Below are positions 12,703-29,959 of a DNA stretch of 64,000 nt, in pieces. A model generated the notes under the pieces. The model saw only the letters and a list, made by a program, of their open reading frames with translations. It ran no database searches and was not told the DNA's origin. Positions within the stretch are counted from its first letter, which is position 1. Every line of letters begins with the position of its first letter. The translations under genes and the position numbers were made by a program. Location: positions 22,816,001 through 22,880,000 of the forward strand of contig OZ024745.1 in assembly GCA_964016885.1 (NCBI GenBank), read 5' to 3'. Source of the stretch: Eledone cirrhosa. Lineage: Eukaryota.

Positions 12703-13180
12703 AGATATATATATGTGTGTGTGTATGTGTGTGTATGTGTGTGTGTATGTGTGTGTATGTGTGTGTGTGCGTATGTGCGTGCGTGTGTGTGTGGTGTGTA
12801 TGTTTCGGTGTATGCTCCTAAATTCGCGGTTAGACAGTAAACAATCACTAGAATAAGTACTAGACATGACAAAAGTAAGTAATGGAGTCGATATGATTCT
12901 CTATGACGGTGACCAAGCATGACCACAGTCTAATAACTGAAGCCATTAAGAGAAGAATATAATGTGTATATATATATATGTGTGTTTATGTGTGTGTGTT
13001 TGTGTGTGTTTGCATTCAAATATTACATTTTGTGAAGAAGGAAAGAGTACTCAACACATGATATAGAGTATATTGTTTATTCAAACTAATTTCTTTTTCT
13101 CATGACTCGAGCTTCACGCCACGTGATCGTTTAGGCATGTCTAGGGAATATGTTATATATATATATGTGTGTGTGTGTAC

Positions 13181-13249
<69 letters not shown>

Positions 13250-13321
13250 ACTATCTTTATTTTCTTTATAATTTCACCCCCCCCGTATTTCTTTTTTCGA
13301 ATTGCTATTTATTTTCTATTG

Positions 13322-13397
<76 letters not shown>

Positions 13398-13780
13398 TCT
13401 CTCTCTTTGTATGTAAGTATCTATAGAGATAAGAGAGAAAGAGGGAGAGACACACACACACACATATACATACACACATATATACATATACACACATATG
13501 TGTGTGTGTATTGTCGTCACTCGCGTACACACACACACATATACACACACTCACACACACACACACGTACGCGCACACACACACACACACATACTAATTT
13601 TCAGGCTTTCACTATTCCCGCGCGTGCAAGCGTGCAGGCGAGCGTGTACACGTGCGGTGAAGTGAACGTCTTGCGTCTCACGTGACGGACCTGTCAAGGC
13701 GGCAAATTGTGGAACGCCGTTGCTAGTTGGAGCGTGCATCACTTTCCTCCGTTACTACCAGCTCCGCCCCTCCAATGTTT
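12180..13780. promoter_or_regulatory. Candidate Pol II promoter/enhancer region
   Basis: CRE TGACGTCA at 12186 and 12553; CACGTG at 12217, 12574, 13120, 13649, 13679; E2F-like TTCCCGCGC 13615; GC box 13764; CCAAT 13772; CpG-rich patch 13615-13770. Confidence 0.45.
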
Positions 13781-14399
13781 TATATATTTAAAGGGTGAGG
13801 GAGCGAGGGTGTATGCATGTGTGGAGGGGTGGGTTGTGTATGGGTAGTGTGAAAAAGGTGCGGTATTCAGCAGACAATGTATAGATTAGCCTTACTCGGG
13901 GAAAATGCATCTGTTACCAGATTGTTACATATATAGATACATATACAGTACAAACACTCATATATATGCACACACACACACACATATATATATATATACG
14001 TGTGTCTTTGTATGTATGTATATATTTTTGTTTGTTGTCTTTATTTAATTTTGAGTTTATTTTTAACCGGCCACCTTCACGGTGGCAAGGTTGTAATGTA
14101 AAGGAAATCATTCATCCTTTAAATCATAAGAATATTTGACAGATTTTGAAGGTTCCAGGTATCGTGGCCATTTGCAGCGTATGAATTATATATGTATGTA
14201 TTTTGTTTTCATTTTTTTAAGGGAGTGAAAGACCCTTTAGTTATCATTAAGACATAGCTCTAGGAAAAGGTCACTCTGATATAAAACCTACCACTTCGTT
14301 TGCATCCAATGATGTAAACCAGTTCTAATTTTTGGGCACATGCATTTGATGTTCAGAGATTGAGATTGGCTCCATGCAAAGTCTTTCCTCACTTAAAAA

Positions 14400-14558
14400 A
14401 GCTTCAAGCACAGGCATCGCTCGATATGTGACATCTTTTGCGATACATGGCATGGCTGGCCGTAGGCAAATCCTAGCAGGAGTAAAAAGCCACGTCCGTG
14501 ATGCTCGTGCTTAAGTATCAAGCGATAGCACCACTCGAAATCGAGTTGCAACCACCAA
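14400..14558 (+). mobile_element. Older RTE-like LINE 3' end
   Basis: Encodes ...AGVKSHVRDARA*; ends ACTCGAAATCGAGTTGCAACCACC then a TATG tail, resembling the 3' end of the 22189 element. Confidence 0.55.
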
Positions 14559-15610
14559 GTATGTATATGTGTATGCATGTATTGATTCTGCGAAAAATGA
14601 TATTTTTTTTTTTTTTTTTGGAATTTCAATTATTTCATTTTTCAAATACTGAAGATATCTGCTAAATAGGCTAGAATTATTAAAAGAAAGAACTACAATA
14701 TAGATAATTATATTTTTAAGTCGTGCAGCATGAAGTTTTTAATTACAAATATAGTCCGGTAAAATTGCCTAAAAATGCATTTTTCAAATTCATTGAGGAT
14801 AGAATGTAACACGTTATCGTGTGTGTGTGAACAGATGTAGATATCAACAACCATTACCATCTCTATAAGTCGGTGATAGGACGTCAGATAGAATACTTTG
14901 TGGTATTCGTTCCATCTCTCTCATATCTGACTTCAAATCCCACCGACGTTAACTTTGCTTTTCCTCCATTCCAGGTCAATAAAAAAAATTCCAGTCTAGT
15001 ACTGGGGTCGATTCTTCTTCTATATCTCTTTCTCACTTCGTCTCTCTCACTTTCTATCCTTTTCTGGAGAAACCTGTTGTATTGAAACCGGGAGAGGAGA
15101 TGGGCTTCCAAGAAACGCTGTATCTCAATAAAGCACCCCAAATATTCCTCCAGGAATTACGGGACCATGCATGCATACCATTGGTTGCCCAATGATACAA
15201 CCCTGGACAGTGAGGGAAAATGTTCTTCGGTATGCAGAAGCCCAGACGGAAGCTGCCTCGTTGTCACAGCGGTCAGAATAGAATAAGTGTTACCACGGAG
15301 TATAGCGAGGAAGACATGTTAAAATAGCCATCACCCGGGACTCACTCATGTGGGTGGTGAGACTCCGTTCCGATAACATTGGGTAGGGTTGTTGTAAGGA
15401 GACCAAGAAATCCAGAATCCTCTACCATTACAGGTTTAACGACAAATCTATGAGAAAGCGGTCGACACTTCAAAGCTTGCGATCTTCAGCTCGTCGGGCA
15501 ACGAAGCCTCGGTATGTCACTAAATACCTAAATTGAATCTTGAAAAGAAATTATTTTCTTTTGGAAGTGTATTTTGAAATTAAAGCTTGGAATGTTGGAA
15601 TGTACGAATT

Positions 15611-15707
<97 letters not shown>

Positions 15708-15979
15708 CATATATATATATATATATGCATACGTACACGGCACACACATATATGCATACGTATATACATATATACACGCATTCACGTAAAAAAAGTATGC
15801 ACACAAATACATATACACACATATATATACAGTGCTATATAAACGGCAAAGATTTAAGCAAAGTTTACCGGTTGACGTTGTTATTTTAAGTTCATTCATT
15901 ATCAATATACAAGTACCTTCTTAGATTTTCTGTCAGTGCACATTGTTGGGTTGAGATGGTGCGCGATAAAGGGATGTGA

Positions 15980-16094
<115 letters not shown>

Positions 16095-17052
16095 GGTGGT
16101 GGTGGTGGTGGTAGTAGTATTAGCAGCAGCAGCAGCAGCAGCAGCAGCAATAGCAGCAACAACAACAGTAAAGATATTTCAGAATATATCTTAAATTAAT
16201 CATTTCAAAATTACAATAAGTTGTTTAAAAAATTAGAAGTATTTTCTGTATTTCCGACTAATATGTCGGTTATTTTGATGTCGATGTTTGCGGCATCAGC
16301 AAATATATTTCCTTTTTATAATTTGTTATTTTGAATTACAATTATTTCAAAATTACGATAAATTGTTTATAAAATTTGTATTATCTCCTATATTTTTCAA
16401 CAAATATTTCAGTTATTTTCATGTCCATAAATATTTTGGGGTTATTTCTTCTACAAATATCTTTCGAACAATTTGTCTTCCGATTAATAGGTTTTCGACC
16501 AAGATGTATTTTAACAAACATCTTTCTGATAAATGTGACTAATATTGTGATTGCCACAGCCACCAATACATACACCACATAGACTCCACCTTTACACCAC
16601 CACCACTACAACTAACAATACCATTAAGATGTGACCACTACTATTTCGTCCTCGAACTGTTAGAAATAGCAGTCAAATCTTCATCAAATTACACTTTCAC
16701 TCACTTTAGTTCACTTTTCCCTTGACTCTACATGGTCGTTAGAGGGCGCTGAAATTATGCAGCGTATCTTGGACAAATGCAGCCCGACGGAGACCATCTC
16801 TCTACCGTCTTAAAAAAACATAGTTCCAGATACATTAAAATAATAAAATAATATAGGATGCCTGGTCATGACTAGAACGCCTTGATTATAGATCTACAAG
16901 ATCATAGATTTCCTGCTACTAAACAATAGCTACAACATCAGTGCTGCTCCATAACAATGCAACATCTACGTAGTCACTTGATCTGCTCTAGAATATAGCA
17001 GTTAAACCTCCCTCAAATCACACGCTAAAACATTAGAAAGAACATATTAGAT

Positions 17053-20072
<3,020 letters not shown>

Positions 20073-20417
20073 CTTCGGAAAGGGTAATAATACGTTACGG
20101 TAAGACAATGTATGAATGGGAAAGGGTTGGGAAAGATATTGGGCAGCGTTGCGAACAGTGACGCGGTAGAGGGCGCTAAAGTGACGTAAGACACTATTGG
20201 ACGCAATCTGGTGACACATGGTGCGTATGTGGGCGTCGGCAGACTAGTAGTGGGATGGTGTTGGGAGGAGAGGTATGAATGAGCGAGAAGCCCTTTGTGT
20301 TAACAAATATAGGGGAAAATGGTCTTTTATTATCAGGCTCTGTGAACACTCTGTGCAAGCTGCTCTGTCAACCGTTCAACGCGTGTCCATTGGGATCTCT
20401 GCACACACACACACACA

Positions 20418-20477
<60 letters not shown>

Positions 20478-20576
20478 CTGTGCTATCGAGAGACCTAAAT
20501 GTCTCGTCCATTACTATGTGTATCTTTCTTTTTCTACACATGTACGTGCGTAGGTATACATACATACGCGCACACA

Positions 20577-20627
<51 letters not shown>

Positions 20628-20653
20628 TTATTTATATATAAATACGTACGTAT

Positions 20654-20717
<64 letters not shown>

Positions 20718-20764
20718 ACGTATGAATGTGTGCGTTTTTTTGTGTCTATGCATGCTGGTGGTGC

Positions 20765-20803
<39 letters not shown>

Positions 20804-21348
20804 AGGTGGTTGTGGTGGTGGTGGTAGAAACAACTAACCTTACTCTATGGCTGTTAGACTTAATGCAGTCACAAATATCTGTTTTCTGTTAACCAATGAA
20901 TGTGTCGAATTTGCAGAGTGGTTATGATGCCGGATTAAATGCAGCACCCCAACTTCTTCCGGTTCACTGAGTTAACAGAGTTCAAACCCCACCATCATCA
21001 GATTTCGGGGTCGATAAATAAATAAAAACTAGTCCCCTGGAATTGTAGAATAGGACAGAGAGCTTTGTGATATCTAATTCTGCGCATCTCTAGACACATA
21101 AACCTCATTCTCTGCTAGTGTCACTGGCTGATAGTGTCAGCAATGAAATGGTCAATGGAAACATTGCTTCCTTGGTCTACTCTGATGATCAGCTCCTTCC
21201 TTTTGCCAGGAGTTGTGACCAACAAATAATATCAGTCAGCAATAATGATACTAAATCCCTTCAAGTTACCTACTACAACATCGCCTCATCCCTTTTCTGA
21301 TCCTGTACCTGCTGCTACAACTAGGACATCCTACTCCTCGCCCTTCTG

Positions 21349-21414
<66 letters not shown>

Positions 21415-21934
21415 TTGTAACAGACATCCGAAAGTTTAGCAGTTTGTATTTTTTATCTTTGTTGTTTTTATTCTAAATTACCCCAGCCCCAAAACCACCC
21501 CTCCACCCACATCACCGCCCACTTCACCTACCCACTCCACCCACTCACCCACCCATTCCACCGCCCACTCCACCTACCACTCCACCACCAACACCCTCCC
21601 CATCACCCTCTCCTGTTTTCCTTCAATTGTTTTCAGCAAGTTCATGGATGCCCATGGATGAATTAAACTGCACAGCTGCAATTCATTACATGGTTGATTG
21701 GTTAATTAGTGGCGGAGGGGGAGGTTGTAGAGGGGATTAGAGAGTCGTGATAGGGTGGGGTGGGGTATAACAGTTAGCACAAGAACTGGATAGAACTGGA
21801 TACAACTGGATCTATGGTGATCTGGAATTTGAACCTCGAGGGATTTACATCCACAACTGATAAGGCACGAACATGCGCACGCGCACTCATACACTTACAC
21901 ACTTTCACAAACACACACATGCACACACAGACAA

Positions 21935-22012
<78 letters not shown>

Positions 22013-22096
22013 GTAATCTGAGTTTTTCGAATATTAATAACATTCGATCTGTCTGCAGTTATGCAAACGAATTCTTTTGTATATGTATATATATAT

Positions 22097-22188
<92 letters not shown>

Positions 22189-22794
22189 GGTGGCTGCCAA
22201 CTCGTTTTCGAGTACGGCCACTACTTTATATCCATGTAGGAGAACCCCTACCGATGCGCTGAACGAGTGTGACTTTTTAGTCCAGCCGGCGACTTGAAAA
22301 CTCTGGTACAAACACTACACTTGTGACAATTACTGACACAGTGCTGGGCCCATGGTACCATGTGACGACAAGTGCAGAGAGATCTCCAGATATAAAGCAA
22401 TGCCTGTGCCGTGAAGCTTTTATAGTGAGCAAAGGCACTGCACAAAGCCAGTCCCACTCTCTTAACCAAGATGATATTTACCAAAAAGAAGAACAAGTCA
22501 ACATCATTGGATACCATCAGGGTTGCAGGTGTTATATCAGAGTTTTCCTTCTCCTAGAATTCTGCCTTGACAAAGGCTAAGGGGTCATCTCTCCCGGTGA
22601 TTTTGGATGGCCATTGACTCTTAAGAGCTCCTTTGCCCTTTGACAGGTTTTGTTTTTAGTCCTGCAGGATGTCCAAAGTCACCCTCCTCACCAAGAAACC
22701 TTGGTGGGGTTGCCAGTTTAGTCGCCAACGACCCGACCATGGGACAGGTTGTACTGGGATACATGTTACCAGTAGCACCAACTGGTGACCTGAC
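22189..22794 (-). mobile_element. Non-autonomous bipartite RTE-derived retroelement, copy 1
   Basis: 5' part has RTE 5'UTR-like motifs (CTAGGAGAAGGAAAACTCTGA, AAGCTTCACGGCACAGGC); 3' part encodes C2H2-like [23 protein letters not shown] typical of RTE ORF ends; no RT; terminal hairpin ACTCG-AAAA-CGAGT. Confidence 0.7.
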
Positions 22795-23188
22795 ATAAAT
22801 ACATACATACATATATACACATATACATACACACATACACACACATATACATACATATACATATACATACATACACACATATATACATACATATATATAT
22901 ACATACATACATATATATATACATACATATACACATACATACATACATACATACATACATACATACACATACACATACACATATATATACACACACACAT
23001 ATATATATACATACATACATACACATATACATACAAATATACATATATACATACACACACATATACATACATATATATATACACACACATATATATACAT
23101 ACATACATATATATATACATACAAATATATACATATACATACATACACACACATACACATACATATATACATACATATATACATACAT

Positions 23189-23776
23189 GGTGGCTGCCAA
23201 CTCGTTTTCGAGTACGGCCACTACTTTATATCCATGTAGGAGAACCCCTACCGATGCGCTGAACGAGTGTGACTTTTTAGTCCAGCCAGCGACTTGAAAA
23301 CTCTGGTACAAACACTACACCTGTGACAATTATTGACACATAGTGCTGGGCCCATGGTACCATGTGACGACAAGTGCAGAGAGATCTCCAGATATAAAGC
23401 AATGCCTGTGCCGTGAAGCTTTTATAGTGAGCAAAGGCACTGCACAAAGCCAGTCCCACTCTCTTAACCAAGATGATATTTACCAAAAAGAAGAACAAGT
23501 CAACATCATTGGATACCATCAGGGTTGCAGGTGTTATATCAGAGTTTTCCTTCTCCTAGAATTCTGCCTTGACAAAGGCTAAGGGGTCATCTCTCCCGGT
23601 GATTTTGGATGGCCATTGACTCTTAAGAGCTCCTTTGCCCTTTGACAGGTTTTGTTTTTAGTCCTGCAGGATGTCCAAAGTCACCCTCCTCACCAAGAAA
23701 CCTTGGTGGGGTTGCCAGTTTAGTCGCCAACGACCCGACCATGAGACAGGTTGTACTGGGATACATGTTACCAGTA
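23189..23776 (-). mobile_element. Bipartite RTE derivative, copy 2
   Basis: Near-identical to copy 1, offset by 1000 bp. Confidence 0.75.
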
Positions 23777-24736
23777 TATACATACATACATATATATATA
23801 CATACATATATATATATATATATACATACATACATATATATATACATACATATATACATATACATACACACACATACATATATATATACATACATATATA
23901 CATATACATACATACATACATACACATATATATATACATACATACATACATACATATATATACATACATACATATATATATATATACATACACACATACA
24001 CACACACATACATACATATATACACATACATATATATATATACATACATATACATATACATACACATATATACACACATACATATATATATATATACATA
24101 CATATATACATACATATATATATACACATACACACATACACATATATATATATATATATACACACACATATATATATATATATATACACACACATATATA
24201 TATATACATATACATATACACACATATACACACATATATATATACATACATATATATACATATATATACATACATATATATATACACATACATACATATA
24301 TATATATACATATATATATATACATATATATACATACATACATATACATATACATACACATATATATACATACATATATATATATACATATACACATACA
24401 TACATATATACATACACACACATATATATACATACATATATATATACACACACATACATATACATACATATACATATACACACACATACATATACATACA
24501 CATACATATATATACATATATATATACATACATATATATATACATACACATACACATACATACACATACATATATATATATATATACATACACACATACA
24601 TACACATATATATATACATATATATATACACATACATACACACACATACATACATACATACATACATACACACACATACATATATACACATACATACATA
24701 TATATACATACATACATACACATACATACATACATA

Positions 24737-24768
<32 letters not shown>

Positions 24769-25149
24769 CATACACATACATACATACATATACATACATA
24801 CATACATATATATACATACACATATATATATACATACATACATATATATATACATATATATACACACATATATACACACATACACACACATACATATATA
24901 TACATACATACATATATACATATACATATATATACATATACATACACATACACATACATATATACATACATACATATATACATATACATATATATACATA
25001 TATATATACATACACATACATACACATATATATACATACACATACATATACATATACATACATACACACACATATACATACACACACATATATATACATA
25101 CATACATATATATATATATATACATACATACATATATACATACATACAC

Positions 25150-25180
<31 letters not shown>

Positions 25181-25330
25181 CACACACATACATACACATA
25201 CATATATATATACACACACAGATATATACACATACATATATATATACACATACATATATATACATATACATACATATATACACACACATACATATATATA
25301 CATACACACATATATATACATACATATACA
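23777..25330. repeat. 1.55-kb TA/CA/TACA compound microsatellite
   Basis: Almost purely T, A and C di/tetranucleotide mosaic; source of the 500-635 aa spurious ORFs. Confidence 0.95.
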
Positions 25331-25719
25331 CTTTGTCAAGGCAGAATTCTAGGAGAAGGAAAACTCTGATATCACACCTGCAACCCTGATGATATCCAAT
25401 GATGTTGACTTGTTCTTCTTTTTGGTAAATATCATCTTGGTTAAGAGAGTGGGACTGGCTTTGTGCAGTGCCTTTGCTCACTATAAAAACTTCACGGCAC
25501 AGGCATTGCTTTATATCTGGAGATCTCTCTGCACTTGTCGTCGCGTGGTACCATGGGCCCAGCACTATGTGTCAATAATTGTCACAGGTGTAGTGTTTGT
25601 ACCAAAGTTTTCAAGTCGCTGGCCGGACTGAAAAGTCACATTCGTTCAGCGCATCGGTAGGGGTTCTCCTACATGGATGTGAGGTAGTGGCTGTACTCGA
25701 AAACGAGTTGGCAGCCACC
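25331..25719 (+). mobile_element. Bipartite RTE derivative, 5'-truncated copy 3
   Basis: Reverse complement of copies 1 and 2 from CTTTGTCAAGGC to GGCAGCCACC, then a TATG tail. Confidence 0.75.
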
Positions 25720-25948
25720 ATATATATGTATGTATGTATATATGTGTGTGTGTGTATGTATGTATATATATATATGTATGTATGTATATATGTGTGTATA
25801 TGTATGTATGTATATGTATGTATGTATGTATATGTATATATGTATGTGTGTATGTATATGTGTATATATGTATGTATGTATGTATGTGTATGTATATGTG
25901 TATATATATGTATGTATGTGTGTGTATGTGTGTATGTATATATATGTA

Positions 25949-26191
<243 letters not shown>

Positions 26192-26193
26192 GA

Positions 26194-26378
26194 GGGCGGT
26201 GGATTGACAGTATCGGTGGACGGTCGGACGCCATGCTTTCCAGCATAGTTACGTCCCTTTACGATCTGAGTTCAAATCCCGCCGAGGTTGACTTTGCTTT
26301 TCATCCTTACGGGGTCGATAAAATAAAGTACCAGTAATGCACTGGGTAATTGCTGGCCTTGTGCCTAAAGTAGAAACA

Positions 26379-26380
<2 letters not shown>
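26194..26380 (+). mobile_element. SINE family A, full length
   Basis: GGGCGGTGGATTGACAGTATCGG...GTAGAAACAA. Confidence 0.85.
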
Positions 26381-26424
<44 letters not shown>

Positions 26425-26427
<3 letters not shown>

Positions 26428-26612
26428 CCAGTAAGACCCCAACGGCTGAGCTCAAGCCGTTTCGACGGCTAATTCTGAGAGAATTAGCCGTCGAAACGGC
26501 TTGACCTCAGCCGTCGGGGTCTTACTGGTTCCTATTACTCACTCTACTACCCCAAGTATTGAGTACTTTGGTGCGTTATGGTCCACCTGGTTCCTTACCA
26601 CATTTCCTTCGT

Positions 26613-26613
<1 letters not shown>
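26425..26613 (+). mobile_element. Palindromic hairpin+tail element, copy 2
   Basis: Arms GAACCAGTAAGACCCC.../...GGGGTCTTACTGGTTC and the same tail; in (TA)n. Confidence 0.8.
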
Positions 26614-26694
<81 letters not shown>

Positions 26695-27649
26695 CAAATA
26701 CATGCACGCACACACCAACCACCCATGCAACTACCAACACTTCATAACTATTACTATTTCTGCTACTTCTACTAACGCTGCTGCCACTTTTACTACTAGC
26801 ACTACTAACGCTACTGCTGCTACTGCTGCTGCTACTAGTACTACCACTACTACTGCTGCTGTTGCTACAACTACTACTACTACTACTACTACTACTACAG
26901 CTATATATATTCAACAACTGGACCTAAAGTTATAAAAAACAAAATCTGTAAAAGCATCAGCAGCAGCAGCACCAGCAGTAGGTAGTAGTAGTAGTAGTAG
27001 TAGTAGTAGCAGTAGTAGTAGTAGTTGTTGTAGTGGTGGTGGTAGTGGTGGTGGTGGTGGTGGTGGTGGTGGTAGTAGTGGTGGTGGTGGTAGTAGTGGT
27101 GGTGGTGGTGGTGACGGTGGTAGAAGCAACAACAGCAGCTGCAGCAGCAAAACATAAAGAGTTACTCATTACTATATGAATATAAAACTTTGCACTAGGC
27201 AGAGCTATGGACCGGAAATTAGCCATCATGCGCCGCAGCCTTGTCAGCGTCCATTATCAGGTTTACACATATGGAAATGCCGTCATTCTTATGTCAGATG
27301 TGCTAGTCTTCAACCACACATGCCTGGCATGTTCAAATATTTCAATTGAGTCCCTATAGTAGAATGTCCTGTCTCGTTGGCTTCCGTGTGATGCAGCTGC
27401 TCAGTAACTCTCGTATTTAGACGACGAGATTTAGTAAGACATTCTAACCATACATCCGTGCTATCGGAGTTAAGATCTCTCAATGCAGTGAAGTAGAGGC
27501 ACTCTATCGAGCAAAGTTACTCCAAAAACCCACCCTTCTGAGGAGCTCTATTTCGGCATTCGCGATCGTATTATTTCGGTCATTGTCCTAGATTTATGGC
27601 AACAGAAAACTCCAGACGAAGTCTAAGAACTCTGCCCCTCCCCAAAACG

Positions 27650-27839
<190 letters not shown>

Positions 27840-27875
27840 AAGAAGAAGAAGAAGAAGAAGAAGAAGAAGAAGAAG

Positions 27876-28049
<174 letters not shown>

Positions 28050-28072
28050 GTGGAGAAGGAAGAAGAGGAGGA

Positions 28073-28276
28073 ATTTATGCTGAACTAATGAGAAATCTGC
28101 AGATACTCCACCTGACTATACCTGTGATAATTGGGGCTCTGGGATATGTTATTTATTTCCACAGTACAAACCTTGAGTAGAACCAGAAAGAGCATGACTA
28201 GTTTGGAAATTGCAAGTAGAGTCCATTAATGGAACAGTAACAATATGTAAAACATTTCAAAATTTCAGCAAGTAAT
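28073..28276 (+). pseudogene. 3' fragment of a restriction-like-endonuclease non-LTR element (R4/Dong/NeSL-like)
   Basis: Translates YAELMRNLQILH...IPVIIGALGYV and, in another frame, KLQVESINGTVTICKTFQNF*; IPVIIGALG is characteristic of the C-terminus of these elements. Confidence 0.55.
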
Positions 28277-28339
28277 AACTGCATATACACATATATGGAT
28301 AGAGAAAGATATCTACGTGTACCCCATATATCTCAGAAC

Positions 28340-29375
28340 ATATATATCCACACATGCAATCACAGCCATACCTGCACACACATACAATCACATCTATACC
28401 TGCACACACATACAATCACATCCATACCTGCACACACATGCAATCACATCCTTACCTGCACACACATACAATCACATCTATACCTGCACACACATACAAT
28501 CACATCCATACAACCACACACATACAAACGCATCCATACCTGCACACACATACAATCACATCCATACCTGCACACACATAAAATCACATCCATACCTGCA
28601 CACACATACAATCGCATCCATACAACCACACACATACAATCACATCCATGCCCGCACACACATACAATCACATCCATACCTGCACACACATACAATCACA
28701 TCCATACCTGCACACACATACAATCACATCCATACAACCACACACATATAATCACATCCATACCTGCACACACATACAATCACATCCATACCTGCACACA
28801 CATGCAATCACATCCATACCTGTACACACATACAATCACATCTATAGCTGCACACACATACAAACACATCCATACCTGCACACACATACAATCACATCTA
28901 TAACTGCACACACATACAAACACATCCATACCTGCACACACATACAATCACATCTATAACTGCACACACATACAAACACATCCATACCTGCACACACATA
29001 CAATCACATCTATACCTGCACACACATACAAACACATCCATACCTGCACACACATACAACCACATCCATACCTGCACACACATACAAACACATCCATACC
29101 TGCACACACATACAATCACATCTATAGCTGCACACACATACAAACACATCCATACCTGCACACACATACAATCACATCCATACCTGCACACACATACAAT
29201 CATATCCATACCTGCACACACATACAACCACATCCATACCTGCACACACATACAAACACATCGATACCTGCACACACATACAACCACACATATACAATCA
29301 CATCCATACCTGCACATCCATACAACCACACACATACAACCACACACATACAACCACAAACATAACCACACACAT
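28340..29375. repeat. 28-bp minisatellite
   Basis: Unit CACACACATACAATCACATCCATACCTG, about 35 copies. Confidence 0.95.
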
Positions 29376-29459
29376 ATTTGCCTAGCTGATGCTGTCTAAA
29401 TTCCAATGAAAGTGTTTTGATAGAAACCGACTCTCTCTAGTGATGAACATTTATAAAAT

Positions 29460-29955
29460 AATTGTTTCTTATATAGGCACAAGGCCAGCAATTTTGGGGG
29501 GAGGGAAAGTCGATTAAATCGACCCCAGTTCGTGACTGGTACTTTATTTTATCGACCCCGTAAGGATGAAAGGAAAAGTTAACCTCGGCGGGATTTGAAT
29601 TCAGATCATAAAGGGCCGTAACTCAATGCTGCAAAGCATGTTGTCCGACTGTCTACCGATTCTGCCAATTCGCTGACCTGAAGATTTATAAAATAATGAT
29701 TTCATTTATTGGCCAAAAGGGCCGACATATAGGGGACAATACAAAAGACTGGGACAGTGGGGTTTTACAGAAAGAAGATTTATAAAATAATTGTTTCTAC
29801 TTTTGGCACAAGGCCAGAAATTATATCAATGTATTACTGGTACTTTATTTTATCGACCCCGTAAGGGTGAAAGGCAAAGTTAACCTCGACGGGATTTCAA
29901 CTCAGACCATAAAGGGCCGTAAATCTGTGCTGCAAAGCATGGCGTCCGACTCTAA
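29460..29955 (-). mobile_element. Two SINE family A copies separated by a short LINE-tail-like insert
   Basis: SINE bodies at about 29460-29672 and 29788-29955; GAAGATTTATAAAATAAT is duplicated around 29700-29772. Confidence 0.75.
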
Positions 29956-29959
29956 ACCC

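Noticed and set aside
13075-13150. Hammerhead-like relic on minus (CTAGACA...TGAAGCTCGAGTC)
   Set aside because: Both core segments deviate at several positions.
21118-21300. Short ORF MSLADSVSNEM...
   Set aside because: Overlaps sequence resembling the SINE B 3' part (CAATGGAAACATTG); no domain.
22248-22517. C2H2 zinc-finger ORF as a host ZNF gene
   Set aside because: A single finger inside a four-copy repeat, frameshifted in other copies; it is the retroelement ORF terminus.
22713-22794. Possible HDV-like ribozyme at the RTE 5' end (CCAGT/ACTGG, ACC-TGTCCCAT-GGT, CTAA)
   Set aside because: RTE 5'UTRs can carry these, but I could not build P1 and an alternative hairpin competes; needs an RNArobo or Infernal search.
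23623-25565. 500-635 aa ORFs (YIYIHT/MYVCV) and similar ORFs throughout
   Set aside because: Translations of TA/CA/TATG microsatellites that lack stop codons by composition.
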